Of a stretch of DNA of 64,000 nucleotides, positions 60,594 to 64,000 are shown piece after piece. The stretch lies in assembly GCF_009914755.1 (NCBI RefSeq), contig NC_060946.1; one strand, written 5' to 3'. The translations under genes and the position numbers were made by a program. How positions within the stretch are numbered: the stretch's first letter is position 1; each line of letters opens with the position of its first letter. The DNA comes from the human T2T-CHM13v2.0 reference genome, Homo sapiens. The notes below the pieces were generated by a model that saw only the letters and a program-made list of their open reading frames with translations, made no database searches and was not told the origin of the DNA.

Positions 60594-61648
60594 GTGAGTG
60601 TCGGCCTGCGCAGGACGGGATGGAGGTGTGGGCAGTGGTGTCCGCGATGAGATCTCAGAGTGCTCCATGGCCCAGGCATGTCACATCCTTCTCTGTGTCT
60701 TTTCTTCATTTACTGTTTTATTATTTTAAAAAAAGAGAAAACAAGAGTTGTACAAACAGCTTCTATAGAAGCCAGTTTTTACACCATCGTACCCACTCAT
60801 GCCACTTGGTGGAGTGGACCAGGGGCTTCTGTGGGGACTTGGCCTTCCTGCCTTGGGGGTGGACAGGAGGTGGAAGCCCAGGACTCAGTGCGGTCTGTCC
60901 ACTGCCCTGTATGAGGATGTGGTGGGCAGAGGGCACTGATGAAATTCAGCGCAGGCCGGGGCTGCAGCATCTCCGCCTCCATCTCACCAACCCTCACAGG
61001 CCTTGAAGGACCCAGACTGGCCTCAAATGCCAGGGGAGGGCACTGAGACCCCAGAGGGTCCTTCCCAGCATCTTCAAAGCAACAGGATTTTGTGCCTGCA
61101 GACCCTTCTTTGCAGCACACACCACCCACCCTGACCAGGACCCCTAGAATGCCCAGCATCCCTGGGAGGGCCCTGTGGTAGTTTCAGCTCCCTCTGGGGG
61201 CCCAGAATGAACCTGGCCTGTGGTGAGGATGTAAGCACCAATGGCCAATTGGGTCCAAAGGAAGACACCGGTTCAAACACTGAAACCAATCAGATTCTCC
61301 CACGGCCTTCCTGCTATCAGACGACACTGGTGCAGGGGTGGTTGCTATGTACAGGGCAGAGCCACCCAATCCCCACGCAGGCGCTGTGTCCTGCCACGTT
61401 GGCCTCCTCCTGGCCATCACATCAGGCCAAGCAGGGGAGAGGAATGGGAATGCCCACGCACCCCTATCAACTCTGCAGACACAGAACCATGCACAGCTCT
61501 TGGGAGGAGTCAGATGAGCTGCTCAAAGCCCAGGAGGGACCCGCACAGTGGTCAGTGTGGCAGGGACGGTGCTTTAGCCAAGGCAGGGATGGTGGGTGAC
61601 TCACTCAGGATCTTCAAGGAGGCCGCTGCATTTCCGTGCTCTTTCCAG

Positions 61649-61783
61649 ATAACAAGGACGTGTCGGTGATGATGAGCGAGATGGACGTGAACGCCATCGC
61701 AGGCACGCTGAAGCTGTACTTCCGTGAGCTGCCCGAGCCCCTCTTCACTGACGAGTTCTACCCCAACTTCGCAGAGGGCATCG
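61649..61783 (+). pseudogene. BCRP3: BCR exon 20-like ([32 protein letters not shown]...)
   Basis: 135 nt, AG/GT boundaries, contains the Rho[15 protein letters not shown] motif. Confidence 0.9.
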
Positions 61784-62728
61784 GTGAGCACTGGAGGCCT
61801 TGGCCTCATGGGAGACGTCTCCTCCACGTGCACTGCTGCCCTCGGAGGCTGTGAAAAGCGAGGTGTGGGAACCTGAGCTGTAACCCCTCTGCCGTGGTCG
61901 GCATTTTAACCCAACCTCAAAAAGCAGGGGACCAGAACCGAGCCTGTCCTGGAAGGCCTTGCCCATCCCCAGAGGGCTCCCCATCCCTACTCCTCAAGGA
62001 GACCAAGAGGCTGAAATAGTCAGCACTGCTGTGCTATGGGGTCCTAAAGTCTGCTGTCCTCCTTCCTGCAGACCAGGGCTGAAGGAGGGTGCCTGGGTGC
62101 TCTTGCCATGGGTCCTGGTCCAGCCAAGCATGGTTTCAAACATGACCTGACCCTTAGTCAACCTGGAGGCTGATGTCTAGAGCGGGTGCTGGTGCGTGCA
62201 GCACCTGTGGCCTCTGCATCACCCTTAGGGCAGGTCTGCCTCCCGGGCCCATGCACAGAGGACCTGGTCTCCCAGCCTGCAGGTGCCCCTGTGGTGTCCA
62301 GGACGACGAGGGGGTCTCTGTGTACTTGGTGGGGCTGGGACCCTCCCACTTCCCACCTCCTTGTGTCCCTCACTCCCCTGTTTCATTCCATGCTGAGCCT
62401 CCCCTGCCTTGGGCTCCCTGGGGAGGGGGTGGTGGCAGGAGTTGCCCGAGGGCAGCTCTGCCCATGAGCAGCTGCTCTAGCGGCTCCTCCTGCTGCTGTT
62501 CGCCGGGTGCTGCTGACCCCTGCGAGGTAGAGAAAAGGCGTTCAGGTGGTTCACACCCCACACAGGTGCCCCTCACAGGGTCCTCACTGGCGGCCAGCGC
62601 TGTGGGTGTGACGATGATGACAAGCCTAAACTGCGCAAGGACTCGTGTCCCGGGCGCTCCATGTGACCACCTCGGGAGAGGTCTCCGGCTTGTCGTAACC
62701 CAGGGGAGTGACCCACTGCCTCCTGCAG

Positions 62729-62834
62729 CTCTTTCAGACCCAGTTGCAAGGAAGAGCTGCATGCTCAACCTGTTGTTGTCCCTGCCGGAGGCCAACCTGC
62801 TCACCTTCCTTTTCCTTCTAGACCACCTGGAAAG
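62729..62834 (+). pseudogene. BCRP3: BCR exon 21-like ([34 protein letters not shown])
   Basis: 106 nt, AG/GT boundaries. Confidence 0.9.
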
Positions 62835-63310
62835 GTAGCCCAGCTCTCTTGTGGCTGCCCAGGACTCCAGGTCTCCAGGCCGTTGGGGTGCCCCTCTGCT
62901 CCCACCAGACCCCCAGCACCAAGGACCTTTTCCCCCGACCCCTGTCTGCAGTAACTCACTGCTTCTAAGGACTAGCACCACTGCCACCCCCACCCCTGCC
63001 TCTCCTCTTTGCCACCCTCCTCCCTCTGCACTGTGGCCTTAACAAAGAGCTCAGAGCTTTGGCCGTGGCCAGCAGTGCACTTGGACCCCCCTCTTCCCTC
63101 CCAAGCACATCATGAAGACCTCCCCATCAGCCCAGAGCTGGCCCCTTGTCCTGGGCCACTGAGACCCAGAAGTACCAAGGCTGGAGTCAGCTTGCAGCAC
63201 AGCCAGGGTCGAGGTCACTCCCTCCCTGAGGACTCTAGCACGGCACAGCCCCTCTGCCTCTCTCCTGGTGGTGGCGTTGAAACAGCACCCTCTGCTTCGG
63301 TCCTCTACAG

Positions 63311-63473
63311 GGTGGCAGAGAAGGAGGCGGTCAATAAGGTGTCCCTGCACAACCTCGCCACTGTCTTTGGCCCCACGCTGCTCCGGCCCTCCGAGAAGGA
63401 GAGCAAGCTCCCTGCCAACCCCAGCCAGCCTGTCACCATGACTGACAGCAGGTCCTTGGAGGTCATGTCTCAG
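63311..63473 (+). pseudogene. BCRP3: BCR exon 22-like ([24 protein letters not shown]...EVMSQ)
   Basis: 163 nt, AG/GT boundaries, contains the [10 protein letters not shown] motif. Confidence 0.9.
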
Positions 63474-63705
63474 GTATGGGAAGACAGTCTCCAGCCCATG
63501 CAACCCCAGCCTGACAGAGGTGGCCTCTGCCTGCCCCACCCCCAGTCCTGCCCATCTTCCGACTTGCATTGTATGTGGTGGTGGCTGAGATTCAGAGAGA
63601 GGGACTTGCCTAGGTTTGCATGGATGGGAGTGATAGGGGGTGCCCAGGCCACCTCCTGGTCCTGCTGGTGCACCTTGCTGGGGGCTTAAAACCACCCCAA
63701 GTGTT

Positions 63706-64000
63706 CGGGTGTGGTGGCTCATGCCTGTAATCCCAGCACTTTGGGAGGCCGAGGCAGGACAACTGAACCCAGGTGTTTGAGACCAGTCTGGGCAATGTAG
63801 CAAACCCCATCTCTAGAAAAAATACAAAGAAAAATTAGTCAGGCATTGTGGCACACATCTGTAATCCTAGGTATCTGGGAGGCTGACACAGGAGGATTGC
63901 TTGAGCCCAGGAGTTAGAGGCTGCAGTGATCCATGATGGAGCCACTGTACTCCAGCCTGGGGGACAGAGCAAGGCCCTGTGCATCTCTAAAATAAATAAT
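63706..64000 (+). mobile_element. Alu (older subfamily)
   Basis: Alu consensus running to the window end. Confidence 0.85.

Noticed and set aside
57918-63803. Single-exon ORFs of 178-250 aa around the BCR-like exons
   Set aside because: Only the exon-sized cores match BCR; the flanks are intronic read-through or antisense shadows.
58600-64000. Overlapping antisense POM121-like pseudogene transcript recalled for this region
   Set aside because: No POM121-like sequence is recognisable inside the window.

Overview
Human genomic DNA: the GGT1 locus, which I place from recall at 22q11.23 in a chromosome 22 low-copy-repeat region. Left to right: (1) coding exons 1-3 of LRRC75B on the minus strand with its CpG-island promoter; its last exon lies left of the window. 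(2) The complete GGT1 (gamma-glutamyltransferase 1) gene on the plus strand, with candidate 5' non-coding exons, 12 coding exons that splice to 1710 nt / 569 aa, and a poly(A) signal. (3) A 966-bp solo HERV-K(HML-2) LTR5 with a 6-bp TSD. (4) A chimeric pseudogene unit (BCRP3): a frameshifted copy of GGT5 exon 1, an Alu-dense spacer, then copies of BCR exons 17-22. The rest is Alu, L1, L2 and LTR repeats, plus a ~1 kb AT-rich minisatellite. The locus is well studied and I found no wholly new system. The best leads are the uninterrupted RhoGAP reading frame in the BCR-derived exons, the GGT5-BCR chimera, a compact E-box/2xARE/CRE cluster in the GGT1 5' region, and an unexplained perfect 23-bp inverted repeat. 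Gene identities and reference comparisons come from recalled protein sequences, not database searches. Repeat boundaries are approximate unless a TSD is given.
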